This document shows, piece by piece, positions 40,509 to 51,153 of a stretch of DNA of 64,000 nucleotides. The DNA is from an uncultured Chloroflexia bacterium (GTDB lineage Bacteria > Chloroflexota > Limnocylindria > QHBO01): the NCBI GenBank assembly GCA_963814375.1, contig CAWFCQ010000003.1, positions 64,001-128,000 of the forward strand. The letters run 5' to 3'. A program made the position numbers and the translations under genes. Numbering within the stretch: the first letter of the stretch is position 1; the number at the start of each line of letters is the position of its first letter. The notes under the pieces were generated by a model. It ran no database searches. It was not told where the DNA came from and saw only the letters and a program-made list of their open reading frames with translations.

Positions 40509-41207
40509 CTAGACCGACGCGGCGCCGGCGAGCGCGCCGGGCTCTGCGAGCGATCGCGCCATGGTCGTGGTCAGGAGCGTCGAGATCCGCGTCGCGCCGG
40601 CGGCCACCGCCTCCGCGAGCTGATCCGTGCTGCGGAAGCGGCCGGAGGCCTTGACCCCGATGCGCGGTCCCACGCTGTCGCGCAGCAGCCGCGTGCCCGC
40701 CAGCGTGGCGGCCGCGCTGGCAGCGCCGTCGCCGGTGACGACATAGTCCGCTCCGGCGCGCTCGGCGAGGTTGCAGGCCCGGCGCACGAGGTCCTCGGCC
40801 AGGGAATCGGTGCTGACGATGACACCCGCCGACGCAAGCGCGGAGTGAGCCATATCGATGACAGCGAGCATGTCGTTGTAGACGGTCTCGTCATCGCCCG
40901 AGGCGAGGGCCCCGCCGTTGACGACGAAGTCGATCTGGGTCGCGCCCTGCTCGAGCGCCTTCGATGCCTCGAATGCCTTGACGCTCAACAGCTGCGATCC
41001 GTGGGGATAACCGACGACCGTCCCGAGCGTCACGCGCGAGCGCCCGAGCTGACGCTTGGCGGCCTTGACCAGCCAGGGGTTCACCGTCAGGGCCGCGAGT
41101 TCATGGTCGGCCGCCATCGTCACCGCCGCTGCCAGATCGGCGAGCGACGCGTTGGGTGTGGTGAGCCGGTGCTCGAGACGAAGGGCCCGACGCACGCTGG
41201 CGGTCAT
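40509..41207 (-). CDS. Deoxyribose-phosphate aldolase-like protein lacking the Schiff-base Lys
   Basis: TVVGYPHG, K.FEA, GA..ID.V, GVKASG, GATRI; ADYVVTGDG instead of ADFVKTSTG. Confidence 0.75.
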   Translation of the reverse strand: MTASVRRALRLEHRLTTPNASLADLAAAVTMAADHELAALTVNPWLVKAAKRQLGRSRVTLGTVVGYPHGSQLLSVKAFEASKALEQGATQIDFVVNGGALASGDDETVYNDMLAVIDMAHSALASAGVIVSTDSLAEDLVRRACNLAERAGADYVVTGDGAASAAATLAGTRLLRDSVGPRIGVKASGRFRSTDQLAEAVAAGATRISTLLTTTMARSLAEPGALAGAASV

Positions 41208-41342
41208 CGGAGCACGATCCCTCCGGTCGTTGTCGGCGGTCGATGATGAGGGTGAAGGCATGGCCCGGACGGCCGATTGTAGCAGCGTCCTTTCGGGTAC
41301 CGACCACCTAGGGTCGAAGATCGGTCCAGGTGGTGCCGGTGG

Positions 41343-42732
41343 TCACCGCTGAGCGGCGGCCTGGCGGGCGATGTCCAGGAGCGCGTTTCGCTCATTGCGG
41401 GTCGGATCCTCCAGCACCGCCTCGACGAGTCGGTCGAGCATCCGCCCGATCTCCGGCCCGGCGGAAATGCCCAGCTCGCGCTGGAGGTCGTGGCCGTCGA
41501 CGGCCAGCCGGCTCCGGAGCGGCATGTCGGGTTGTCCCTCCAGCTCGGCGCGGATGCGCGCCTCGAGCCGATCCTGGTTCGCCTCGCCGGCGGCGCCAGC
41601 CCCGGAGGCACGGTTGTCGGCGCGCCGCAGGGCGAAGAGCAGCTCGCGGTCGATCCCCTCGAGGCGGTGGATGAAGCGGCGCACCGCCGCATCGGTCCAG
41701 GTCTCGTCGTAGGCGTACATGTGCTGCCGAATGACGTCGGGGATGCGCGCGTACGTCCCACCGATGCGCAGCCGCCGGAGAACGGCCGCGGCGAGATCGG
41801 CACCGACCAGCTCGTGGCCGATGAAGTGGCCATCTGCCCGCGTCGTCGCCTTGCCGAGGTCATGGAGGAGGGCGGCCAGTCTTACCGTGCCGTCGAGCGT
41901 CATCGGCGCCGCGTCGACAGCGGCGAGGGTGTGCTCCAGCGCGTCGCCCGACGTCGCCTTGTGCTGGGGGATCCCGCGCAGGGCCGCGAGCTCGGGGAGC
42001 AGCACGGCGAGAAGCCCGAAACGCTCCAGGAGCAAAAAGGCGTGCGACGGCCGCACGTCGAGCCGCAGGATGCGCAGCAGCTCGTCGCGGACCCGCTCGG
42101 CCGACACCGAGGCGACGGTCGGAGCGAGCTCCCCCAGCGCCGCAGCGGTGGCCGGATCGATCGTCATCTCGAAGCGTCCGGCGAACCGTGCAGCTCGGAC
42201 GAGCCGAAGGGCGTCCTCGGCGAAGCGCTCTCGCGCGTCCCCGACGGTGCGAAGCAGGCGCGCTTCGAGGTCGTCGCGGCCGCCGAACGGGTCGAGGACG
42301 ACTCCGGCACCCGCGTCCACGTCGCTCGGCAGCCAGGCGATGGCGTTGATGGTGAAGTCGCGTCGAGCCAGGTCGTCCGGTGAGCGAGACCCCGAAGCGG
42401 ACCTCGTCCGGGCGGCGCCGATCGCCGTACGCGCCCTCGGCGCGGTACGAGGTGACCTCCACCGGCGGCTCGCCGGCAATCGTCACCGTGCCGAATCGGT
42501 TCTCCCAGGTGGCGGCGGCGAAGAGCCCGGCAACGACCTCAGGCCGAGCCGAGGTCGCCGCGTCCCAGTCCCAGCCCCCCTCGCTGCCCAGAAGGCGATC
42601 TCTCACGCAGCCGCCGACCAGGGCGACCTCGTGCCCGGCGGCGGCGATCGCACGGAGCACCTCGGCCACCCGAGCCGGCATGGCCGGAAACGTGAGGTGC
42701 GATCCCCCGTCGGATGGTGGCGGACCCGCCAC
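41343..42732 (-). CDS. cca: CCA tRNA nucleotidyltransferase with HD domain; frameshift at ~42378
   Basis: VGGCVRD, DWD, RRP (one frame); DLARRDFTINA, EDALR, ERVRDE, LHDLGK (next frame). Confidence 0.85.
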
Positions 42733-42734
42733 GG

Positions 42735-43274
42735 TCAGCCGACCGGCTGATGCGTGGCGATCGGCTCCAGGAAGAGGAAGGTACGCCAGGCGTCGTTGCG
42801 CTCGTCGGCCAGGTACGTGCCGAACAGGTAGCGGAGATCCGCGCGTGGCGCCCGCGGCTCGCGCAGGAGGTGCATCCGCGCCTCGGCGACCGTCTTGCCG
42901 CCCTTGCGGTGGTTGCAGGGCCGGCATGCGGCCACGAGGTTCTCCCACTCGTGGCGCCCGCCGCGGTGCTTCGGCGTGACATGGTCGAGGGTCAGGTCGC
43001 GGCTCACCTTGCCGCAGTACTGGCAGGTGTGGCGGTCCCGGCTGAAGACCTCACGACGGCTCAGCTTCACGCGCGGCTGCGGTCGCTTGACGTGGTACTG
43101 CAGCCGGATCACCGACGGCGCCGGGATCTCGATCGTCGGCGTGTGAATCACCTGGTGGTTCTTGGCCAGGAGCTCCGCCTTCGCAGCGCCGAGCAGCCGG
43201 AAGGCACGCCTGATGTCGCAGACGTTGAGGGGCTCGTAGTTCTGGTTCAGGACCAGTACCGGGACATTGAGCAT
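42735..43274 (-). CDS. HNH endonuclease (McrA-like, common chromosomal type)
   Basis: VLVLNQNYEPL, RD..CQYC, TLDHV.P, WENLV.AC..CN..KG. Confidence 0.9.
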   Translation of the reverse strand: MLNVPVLVLNQNYEPLNVCDIRRAFRLLGAAKAELLAKNHQVIHTPTIEIPAPSVIRLQYHVKRPQPRVKLSRREVFSRDRHTCQYCGKVSRDLTLDHVTPKHRGGRHEWENLVAACRPCNHRKGGKTVAEARMHLLREPRAPRADLRYLFGTYLADERNDAWRTFLFLEPIATHQPVG

Positions 43275-43444
43275 CGTTCGTACGCCTTCCTGCGCCGGAT
43301 CATACCAATCAGGCGGCGCGTGCTGGCGCGGGGTGCTTTCTGCTGGACTCCCCTTGTGACACGGGCCTACGATGCGCGCGGCTTCACGTGCCGAGCAACG
43401 GAGGTGCAGAGCGTGACGTCCTCGCACGGGCGCGCCTCGCGACG

Positions 43445-44683
43445 ATGAGCAGCGCGTCCCCGAAGGCCCAGACCCGGGCCTTCCTGTTCGCCGACCTCAG
43501 GGGCTATTCCGCGTACACCGATCGGCATGGGGATGACGCGGCTCGACTCCTCATCCGCCGCTTCCGTGAGCTGGTCCGCGCGGAGATCGACGCCCATGAC
43601 GGCGCCGAGATCCGGACCGAGGGCGACTCCTTTTACGTCGTGTTCGACTCGATCAGCGACGCGGTGCTGGCAGGGCTCTCCATCCAGGACGCCGCCCGGA
43701 GCGCCGCCTCCGAGCCGGATAGCGTCCCGCTGCGCATCGGCATCGGCATCCACGCGGGCGAGGTCACGGACGGTGCCGAGGGGATCGTCAGCTCGGCGGT
43801 GAACACCGCCGCGCGGGTCTGCGCGATCGCCGAACCCGGCGAGGTCCTCGTCACCGACACCGTCCGCAGCCTCACACGGACCCTCCTGCCCAACGGCTTC
43901 ACCAGTCGCGGACGGCGACGGCTGAAGGGCATCGCCGAGCCGGTCGCGCTCTTCGCCGTGCGGCCCTCAGCGTCCGAGGATCGCTTGTTGCACACGCGTT
44001 CGCGGCGACCGCGGTTCGCGGTGGCGGGCGCGTTCGTGGCAGGCGTCGTCGTCATCGTCGGCGTGGCTCTCAGCGTCAGGGGACCGGCGCCGAGCGGTGG
44101 CGCCGAGACCACGCCGTCCGCGAGCACCACTGCGACCGAGCCGGAGGAGACGCACGACCTCGGCCGCTTCAACGACCCTGGGGAGTACCCCAACGGATTC
44201 GAGACGGCGTTGCTCGACCAGCTGCCGTCCGCCACGATCTCGAGCTGCGAGCGCGCCGATCCGTCGACGTATCCCGTCACCGTCATCGCGGCCGAAGATG
44301 CTGGCGTGTATGCGGCGGGGACGTACACGGCGGTCGTTCGCGCGGGCGTCACGTGCCTGACCGGCGGGAACCGCGCGACGTATCACCAGCTCGGCAGGCG
44401 TGGGGCCGGGTTCGCCCTGGACTCAGCCTTAGAGATCTTCCATAACGGCGTCTTTCGACGCTCCCTGGCGGAGGGCTCGTGCGAGGAGCGCACACGGGCG
44501 TACGCAGAATGGACCTCCGGCGGCCACACCGGCCACGTCATGTGCTTCATGCGGGATGGTGAGGCGGTCCTGGAGTGGACGTACCTCGACCCGAACATCT
44601 ACGCCATTGCGACGCGGCGTGACGGGGATCTGGCCGCGCTGTACGCCTGGTGGGAAGACTCCGGTCGGCGGCTGTCGAGATGA
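43445..44683 (+). CDS. Class III adenylate/guanylate cyclase with TM and extracytoplasmic Cys-containing domain
   Basis: FADLRGYS, TEGDS, IGIHAG, VNTAARV, LKG; TM; C-terminal DGDLAALYAWW. Confidence 0.85.
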   Translation: MSSASPKAQTRAFLFADLRGYSAYTDRHGDDAARLLIRRFRELVRAEIDAHDGAEIRTEGDSFYVVFDSISDAVLAGLSIQDAARSAASEPDSVPLRIGIGIHAGEVTDGAEGIVSSAVNTAARVCAIAEPGEVLVTDTVRSLTRTLLPNGFTSRGRRRLKGIAEPVALFAVRPSASEDRLLHTRSRRPRFAVAGAFVAGVVVIVGVALSVRGPAPSGGAETTPSASTTATEPEETHDLGRFNDPGEYPNGFETALLDQLPSATISSCERADPSTYPVTVIAAEDAGVYAAGTYTAVVRAGVTCLTGGNRATYHQLGRRGAGFALDSALEIFHNGVFRRSLAEGSCEERTRAYAEWTSGGHTGHVMCFMRDGEAVLEWTYLDPNIYAIATRRDGDLAALYAWWEDSGRRLSR

Positions 44684-45971
44684 CTGACCAAACGCCGAGC
44701 CCATCCACGCCGCAGACACGCGGATTCCTCTTCGCGGATCTCCGCGGCTACTCGAAGTTCACCGACCAGCACGGCGACGCCGCGGCGGCCGAGCTCATCG
44801 GCCGCTATCGCGAGCTGGTCCGGACCGAGATCGCCGCCTTCCACGGCGCGGAGATCCGCACCGAGGGCGACAGCTTCTACGTCGTCTTCGGCGTCGGTCA
44901 GCGAGGCGGTCCAGGCCGGGCTGGCGATCCGAGACGCGGCGGCGACGGCATCGGCCGAGCCTGGTGCTTCCGCCGATCGACGTCGGGATCGGCATCCATG
45001 CCGGCGAGTCAACCGACGGCAGCCAGGGAATCGTCAGCTCGGCAGTCAACATCGCGGCTCGCGTCTGCGCGGTGGCGGAGCCGGGCGAGGTCCTCGTTAC
45101 GGACACCGTTCGCGGAGCTGACGCGGACCTTCCGGCCGAGTCGGATTCACATCGCGCGGGCGGCGACGGCTGAAGGGCATCGCGGAGCCGATGCGGCTGT
45201 CTCCGGCGTCGCCGTCGATCGCCCGATGGCCCTGCGCGGCTAGGCGGCGCGGGGCGCGTTCGATCGGCGCGCGGGTCGCGTTCGTTGGCGGCGATCGTCA
45301 TCGTCGCTGGCCGCGGCCGTCGTCGTCGCAGGGCGCGACTCGACACGCGCGACCACGGAGCCGTGGCCGACGATCACCCCTGGCCGTCCGTCATCGACCT
45401 CGGCGTCCAGCAGCTGCGGAGGCGACCCACGACCTCGGGCGATTCACGGACGCCCAAGGCGAGTTCCCGAACGCGGACGGAGACCGCTCTGATGGAGAAG
45501 CTGGCGAGCGGGCGTGACGTCGAGCTGACGACCGGGTAGATCCGTCGATCGTACCCGGCCGACTCCTATCCGAGCGAAACGGAAGCGACGAGCTCGCGTC
45601 AGGGTGCCGGAGTCGGCGCTCCGCGCGGGCATCAGGCTGCCTCACGCGGCGGCAACACTGCGACCTACCTCGCAGGTGGCCATCGCGGAGCTGCACCCAG
45701 GATCAACACCGCGAAGAGCTCTTCGGCAACCTGCTCTTCCGCCGCTCGATCAAGGAAGGCTGCGTGCACGGACGACGGCCGGGCGTACGAGGCATGGACC
45801 GTCGGAGCTCACGACCGGCCACGTCATGTGCTTCATGCGCGACGGCGAGGCGGTCGTTGAGAGTGGACCTACGTCGACGCAAACATCTACGCCATCGCCA
45901 CGCGCCGCGACGGTGATCTCGCCGCGCTGTACGCATGGTGGGAAGACGTCGGGCGGCGGCTGTCGAGGTGA
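44680..45971 (+). pseudogene. Tandem paralog of the cyclase with multiple frameshifts (pseudogene or assembly errors)
   Basis: Same motifs spread over several frames; near-identical 3' end to the first copy. Confidence 0.75.
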
Positions 45972-46082
45972 CTGACCGAGCGCCGAGCTCGCCCGTACCA
46001 CGGGGTGCATCCGTGCTCGAGTGGGACGGCCGATGTGGTCGATGGGCGGTGAGGCCGCCCCAGAGTAGAATTGGCGGCTGAT

Positions 46083-46973
46083 ATGACCACGATCGAACGA
46101 TCCACCTGGGCCACCAAGGTCGGGCTGGCCCGCATGCTCGCGGGCGGCGTGATCATGGACGTCGTGACCGCCGACCAGGCGAAGGTCGCCGAGGAGGCCG
46201 GCGCCGTGGCGGTCATGGCGCTCGAGCGCGTGCCTTCGGACATCCGCAAGTTCGGTGGCGTGGCGCGGATGAGCGACCCGCAGCTGATCAGCGAGATCAA
46301 GGCGGCGGTCAGCATCCCGGTCATGGCCAAGTGCCGCATCGGCCATTTCGCCGAGGCCCAGATCCTGGAGAGCCTCGAGGTCGACTACATCGACGAGTCG
46401 GAGGTCCTCACTCCGGCCGACGAGGAGCACCACATCGACAAGCACCGGTTCAAGGTGCCGTTCGTGTGCGGCTGCCGCGACCTGGGCGAGGCGCTGCGGC
46501 GCATCGGTGAGGGTGCGGCCATGATCCGCACCAAGGGCGAGGCGGGAACGGGCGACATCGTCGAGGCGGTGCGGCATATGCGCGCCGTCCAGAAGGGGAT
46601 CCGCGAGCTCAAGGGGATGCGGGAGGACGAGCTGTTCGCCGCCGCCAAGGAGCTCCGGGCGCCGCTGGACGTGGTGAAGCGCACCGCCGAGCTCGGCGCC
46701 CTGCCGGTGCCGAACTTCTCTGCGGGTGGCGTCGCCACTCCGGCAGATGCGAGCCTCATGCGCCAGCTCGGTGCCGAGGCCGTCTTCGTCGGCAGCGGCA
46801 TCTTCAAGAGCGAGTACCCCGAGCGATACGCGGCGGCGATCGTCAAGGCCGCGACCCACTACGACAATCCCGAGATCCTGGTCGAGGTCAGCACCGGCCT
46901 CGGCGAGCCGATGCGCGGACAGTCGTTGGGCGAGATCCCGCCGGAGGAGCGGCTCGCCGTCCGCGGCTGGTAG
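46083..46973 (+). CDS. pdxS: Pyridoxal 5'-phosphate synthase lyase subunit
   Basis: [35 protein letters not shown]. Confidence 0.96.
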   Translation: MTTIERSTWATKVGLARMLAGGVIMDVVTADQAKVAEEAGAVAVMALERVPSDIRKFGGVARMSDPQLISEIKAAVSIPVMAKCRIGHFAEAQILESLEVDYIDESEVLTPADEEHHIDKHRFKVPFVCGCRDLGEALRRIGEGAAMIRTKGEAGTGDIVEAVRHMRAVQKGIRELKGMREDELFAAAKELRAPLDVVKRTAELGALPVPNFSAGGVATPADASLMRQLGAEAVFVGSGIFKSEYPERYAAAIVKAATHYDNPEILVEVSTGLGEPMRGQSLGEIPPEERLAVRGW

Positions 46974-46984
46974 CGACGCCACCG

Positions 46985-47593
46985 ATGGAAACCGAGCGCC
47001 GGCCCCGCATCGGGGTGCTCGCCGTCCAGGGCGCAGTGCGAGAGCACGTCACCGCCATCCAGGACGTCGGCGGAGAGGCGGTCGAAGTACGCCTCCCTCG
47101 CGATCTCGTGGGCCTGGATGCCCTCATCCTGCCCGGCGGCGAGTCCACCACGATGCGGCACCTGATCGACGCCTACAACCTGCGCGAGCCGATCGCCGCA
47201 CTGGCACGCGCCGGGGCGCCGATGCTCGGCACCTGCGCCGGGATGATCCTGCTCGCCGATCGCATCGCCGATGGTGACGGCCCGGTCTTCGGCCTGCTCG
47301 ACCTCGAGGTGCGCCGCAACGGCTACGGCCGGCAGCTCGACAGCTTCGAGGCAGACCTCGAGGCTCCCTCGCTCGGCACCGAGCCGCTCCATGGCGTCTT
47401 CATCCGCGCGCCGATGGTCACCGATGTCGGGCCCGGAGCGGAGGTCCTGGCGCGTGACCCGGACGGTCGGCCGGTGGCAGTGCGCCAGGGGCGGGTGATC
47501 GCGACCGCGTTCCACCCCGAGCTGACGGCCGATCGGCGGGTGCATCGGCTCCTCGTCGAGATGATCGGGGAGGAGGCGAGGCGACCGGCGTGA
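46985..47593 (+). CDS. pdxT: PLP synthase glutaminase subunit
   Basis: PGGEST, GTCAG, RN.YGRQ, FIRAP, FHPEL. Confidence 0.95.
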   Translation: METERRPRIGVLAVQGAVREHVTAIQDVGGEAVEVRLPRDLVGLDALILPGGESTTMRHLIDAYNLREPIAALARAGAPMLGTCAGMILLADRIADGDGPVFGLLDLEVRRNGYGRQLDSFEADLEAPSLGTEPLHGVFIRAPMVTDVGPGAEVLARDPDGRPVAVRQGRVIATAFHPELTADRRVHRLLVEMIGEEARRPA

Positions 47594-48651
47594 TCGAGGC
47601 AGAACGGACGATCCGCAGCGCCGGCCTGACCGACCGCCAGGCGCTGGCCGACCTCTCGCGCCGGGTCCACTCGACCTTCGACGCTCATCGCCGCAGCCTC
47701 GGGGTGCCGGCACCCAGCACCGAGTCGCGGCGCATCAGCCTCTCGACCCTGATGCCCTCGTGGCTCCCGCTGCGGGCTCCGTCCGTTCACCTGGTGGCCG
47801 AGGTCGACGGTGAGCTGGTCGGCAGCTGCCGCGCGATCGAGGAGCCGCACCGGGAGGACTGGGTGATCACCGAGCTCGATGCGGTCGACGGTCCGCTGGC
47901 TGCCGAGATCCGATACGACCTTCTCAACGCGCTGGTCGAGGAGGGCCAGCGGCACGACGTCGCCCGCTTCCACGCTGCCTGCGCCGATGTGAGGGAGAAC
48001 CTCGAGCTCTTCGGCCAGCTCAGCTTCATGGCCTATGCACAGGAGGAGATCTGGTGGCGCGCTCCCGAGCCGATGCGCGGCCCGCGCTCGTGGCTGCGGT
48101 CGCTGGTCAGCCGTGACGGGCCGAGCTCGACGCGAGCCGAGGCCGGCGCGGACCTGCCGGACCTCCAGCCCGCGGGCGCCCCGGACGCCTGGCACCTCTT
48201 CGACCTGTGGACCCACGCCACGCCCCCGGCGATCGCGCGCATCGAGGGCTACGGCGCCGCCGACTGGAACGCCGTGGGACACGAGGCGATCGTGCCGCGT
48301 TCGTCGCTCAACCCGGTGCTCCACTTCAGCGAGGTTGCCGCGTGGCTGATGCCGTCCGAGCAGCGCGCCGGGGGCTTCGCGCAGCACGGGACCTGCCGCG
48401 GCGGGCCGCACTACCTGCGCTTCCTGGTGCGCGACGGAGCGGACGGCGCGCGCTTCCTGCGCGCTGTCCTGGCCCGCATCGGCAGTGATGCACTGGCTGC
48501 AGGCATCCTGTCGCCGGTGCGAACATATGAGTCGGCCGGCATGCGCGCGGCCGAGACATACGGCTTCGAGCCGATCGGCCGCGTGACCCTGCTCGTGCGC
48601 GAGGTGCGCGCGCAGGTCCGGCAGCCGGCGATGGTGGCGGTGACGCGATGA
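47590..48651 (+). CDS. Hypothetical protein, probable tandem GNAT-like folds
   Basis: LVAEVDGELVG, LF.QL.F, YGFEPIG patterns; coupled to pdxT. Confidence 0.55.
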   Translation: MIEAERTIRSAGLTDRQALADLSRRVHSTFDAHRRSLGVPAPSTESRRISLSTLMPSWLPLRAPSVHLVAEVDGELVGSCRAIEEPHREDWVITELDAVDGPLAAEIRYDLLNALVEEGQRHDVARFHAACADVRENLELFGQLSFMAYAQEEIWWRAPEPMRGPRSWLRSLVSRDGPSSTRAEAGADLPDLQPAGAPDAWHLFDLWTHATPPAIARIEGYGAADWNAVGHEAIVPRSSLNPVLHFSEVAAWLMPSEQRAGGFAQHGTCRGGPHYLRFLVRDGADGARFLRAVLARIGSDALAAGILSPVRTYESAGMRAAETYGFEPIGRVTLLVREVRAQVRQPAMVAVTR

Positions 48652-50501
48652 GCAGCGACGGGGAGGGCAGGACCAAGGTGCAGCGGCGCGAGACGACCGA
48701 CGACCTGGATGCGCTCATGGAGGCCCTGCCGCCGGAGATCGTGGCGCGCCTGGCCGGGCTGGCGAATCGGACGGATCTGCTCGAGGTGGTGATGGACCTC
48801 GGGCGGCGTCCCGAGGCGCGCTTCACGACCGGCGAGGAAGACCTCCTCGACCGCGAGGTCACTGACGCCGACATCGCCCACGTCATCGATCACATCGGCG
48901 TGTTCGGCGACGACAACCGGGCCGGCATCGAGCGCACCCTCCATCGCATCAGCGCCATCCGCAACCGCTCCGGCAAGGTCGTGGGCCTGACGTGCCGCAT
49001 CGGCCGAGCGGTGTTCGGGACGATCGACATCATCCGCGACATCACCGAGGCCGGACAGTCGCTGCTCATCCTCGGACGGCCCGGCGTCGGCAAGACGACG
49101 ATGCTGCGCGAGGTGGCCCGCGTCCTCGCCGACGACCTGGGCAAGCGCGTCGTGGTGGTCGATACGAGCAACGAGATCGCCGGCGACGGCGACATCCCGC
49201 ACCCGGGCATCGGCGATGCCCGGCGCATGCAGGTCCGCACTCCGACCGAGCAGCACGCGGTGATGATCGAGGCGGTCGAGAACCACATGCCGGAGGTGAT
49301 CGTCATCGACGAGATCGGGACCGAGCTCGAGGCCGGTGCAGCGCGCACCATCGCCGAGCGCGGTGTGCAGCTGGTCGGGACAGCCCACGGCAACACGCTC
49401 GACAACCTGATGCTGAACCCAACGCTGTCGGACCTCGTGGGCGGCATTCAGCCGGTGACCCTCGGCGACGAGGAGGCGCGCCGGCGCGGGACGCAAAAGA
49501 CCGTCCTTGAGCGCAAGGCGCCGCCGACGTTCGATGTCCTGGTCGAGATCGTCGAGCGCGACAACGTCATCGTCCACCGCAACGTAGCCGAGACGGTCGA
49601 CGCCATCCTCCGCGGGCACATGGTGCCTCCGGAAGCGCGCTACCGCGACGAGCGCGGTGACCTGAAGGCCGCGACGAAGTACGACTACCGGATCAGCGAG
49701 ACCTCGTCCGGCAACCCGGCATTCGCACCGCTCGAGCCGACAGGTGGCTTCGGCGCCTTCGGGCGCGGCCGCTCGGCCGGTGGAGGCGGCGGCGCGCGCT
49801 ACGAGCGCGCCGGATTGCGTCCGCTCCCCGGTGGCGGCTCCGGAAACTTCGGTGGTGAGGCGCGCGGAGCGCGAGCACTCCCCGGCGAGCGCCTCTCCGG
49901 CGCAGCGGCCGGCGGCGATGATCGCAATCCGCGACGCGAGCTGGAGCAGGCGCTGGCCGAGATGGACGATCGCGCCGCGCTCGACCGGCCGATCGGCGCG
50001 CAGCGACCGAAGGACGAGCGGGCGCAGGCGCATCGGCCGATGAGCGTCTTCGCCTTCGGCGTCAGCCGCAAGCGGCTGGAGCAGGCGGTTCGCGAGCTCG
50101 GTGTCCCCGTCAACGTGGCGCGCGACCTCGACGAGGCGGACGCGGTCGTGACCCTGCGCAACTACTACAAGCGCAAGCCGGCAGCGCTGCGCGACGCCGA
50201 GTCCAACGGCGTGCCGATCTATGTGCTCAAGACGAACACCACTCTCCAGATGGGGAGCATGCTCGCGTCGCTGTTCGACCTGGAGGCCGATCCGCAGGAG
50301 GCCGCGCTGCGCGAGACGGCCGAGGCGATCGGGCTGGTGCAGGCCTCCGGCCGGCCGGTCGAGCTCGCGCCGCAGAACGCCTACGTCCGCCGGCTCCAGC
50401 ACCAGATGGCCGAGCGCAACGCGCTCATGAGCCGATCGCGAGGCTCCGAGCCGAACCGGCGCGTCGAGCTGATCCCCGAGGACGGCGGGCGCTGGAGGTG
50501 A
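48648..50501 (+). CDS. SpoIIIAA/Ycf45-like AAA ATPase with C-terminal R3H domain
   Basis: DLGRRP, GRPGVGKTT, DTSNEIAG, IDEIG, TAHG; RRLQH R3H. Confidence 0.88.
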   Translation: MSSDGEGRTKVQRRETTDDLDALMEALPPEIVARLAGLANRTDLLEVVMDLGRRPEARFTTGEEDLLDREVTDADIAHVIDHIGVFGDDNRAGIERTLHRISAIRNRSGKVVGLTCRIGRAVFGTIDIIRDITEAGQSLLILGRPGVGKTTMLREVARVLADDLGKRVVVVDTSNEIAGDGDIPHPGIGDARRMQVRTPTEQHAVMIEAVENHMPEVIVIDEIGTELEAGAARTIAERGVQLVGTAHGNTLDNLMLNPTLSDLVGGIQPVTLGDEEARRRGTQKTVLERKAPPTFDVLVEIVERDNVIVHRNVAETVDAILRGHMVPPEARYRDERGDLKAATKYDYRISETSSGNPAFAPLEPTGGFGAFGRGRSAGGGGGARYERAGLRPLPGGGSGNFGGEARGARALPGERLSGAAAGGDDRNPRRELEQALAEMDDRAALDRPIGAQRPKDERAQAHRPMSVFAFGVSRKRLEQAVRELGVPVNVARDLDEADAVVTLRNYYKRKPAALRDAESNGVPIYVLKTNTTLQMGSMLASLFDLEADPQEAALRETAEAIGLVQASGRPVELAPQNAYVRRLQHQMAERNALMSRSRGSEPNRRVELIPEDGGRWR

Positions 50502-51145
50502 GCGCCCCCGGGCGCTTCATCACGCTCGAGGGACCCGAGGGCAGCGGCAAGACCACCGCCGCCCGCCACCTGGCGGAGTGGCTGCGCGGGCGCGGCATCG
50601 CCACCCTCCTCACGCACGAGCCCGGCGGGACGCCGCTCGGCGAGGAGGTGCGGCGGATCGTGCTTCACATGCGCGGCATGAGCGACGACCTCGACCCGCG
50701 GGCCGACGCGCTTCTCTACGCCGCCGGCCGCGCCCAGCACGTCGCGCGCGTCATTCGGCCGGCCCTCGCGCGTGGTGACTGGGTTGTCTGCGCGCGCTTC
50801 CTCGATTCCTCGCTCGCCTACCAGGGCGCGGGCTACGGCAACGAGATGGACGAGCTTCGGCACCTCCAGGAGTTCGCCACCGGCGGCCTTCTCCCCGACC
50901 TGACGATCCTGCTCGACGTCCCGGTCGAGGTCGGGCTCGAGCGCACCCGCCGCCGCGCCGAGTGGAACCGCTTCGAGGACACCGAGGAGGCAGCCTTCTT
51001 CGAGCGCGTGCGCTCCGCGTACCTTGCCCTGGCGGCGGCCGAGCCGGAGCGATTCCGGACGGTCGACGGATCGGGCGCGGTCGAGGCTGCCGACGACGCC
51101 ATCCGCGCAATCGTCGAGGAGCTCGTGCCCCAGGCATCGGTCTAG
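50498..51145 (+). CDS. tmk: Thymidylate kinase
   Basis: EGPEGSGKTT, EPGG, R.LDSSLAYQG, PDLT. Confidence 0.93.
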   Translation: MSAPGRFITLEGPEGSGKTTAARHLAEWLRGRGIATLLTHEPGGTPLGEEVRRIVLHMRGMSDDLDPRADALLYAAGRAQHVARVIRPALARGDWVVCARFLDSSLAYQGAGYGNEMDELRHLQEFATGGLLPDLTILLDVPVEVGLERTRRRAEWNRFEDTEEAAFFERVRSAYLALAAAEPERFRTVDGSGAVEAADDAIRAIVEELVPQASV

Positions 51146-51153
51146 TCGCTCGG

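Noticed and set aside
42371-42385. Programmed frameshift or pseudogenisation of cca
   Set aside because: Single extra base with no slippery site; similar +1 G/C insertions at ~21028 and ~51918 point to sequencing indels
42735-45971. HNH plus cyclases as a Pycsar/CBASS-like defence system
   Set aside because: Genes are divergent, the HNH is the common chromosomal type, the cyclases have TM and extracellular domains, and no cNMP-binding effector is present
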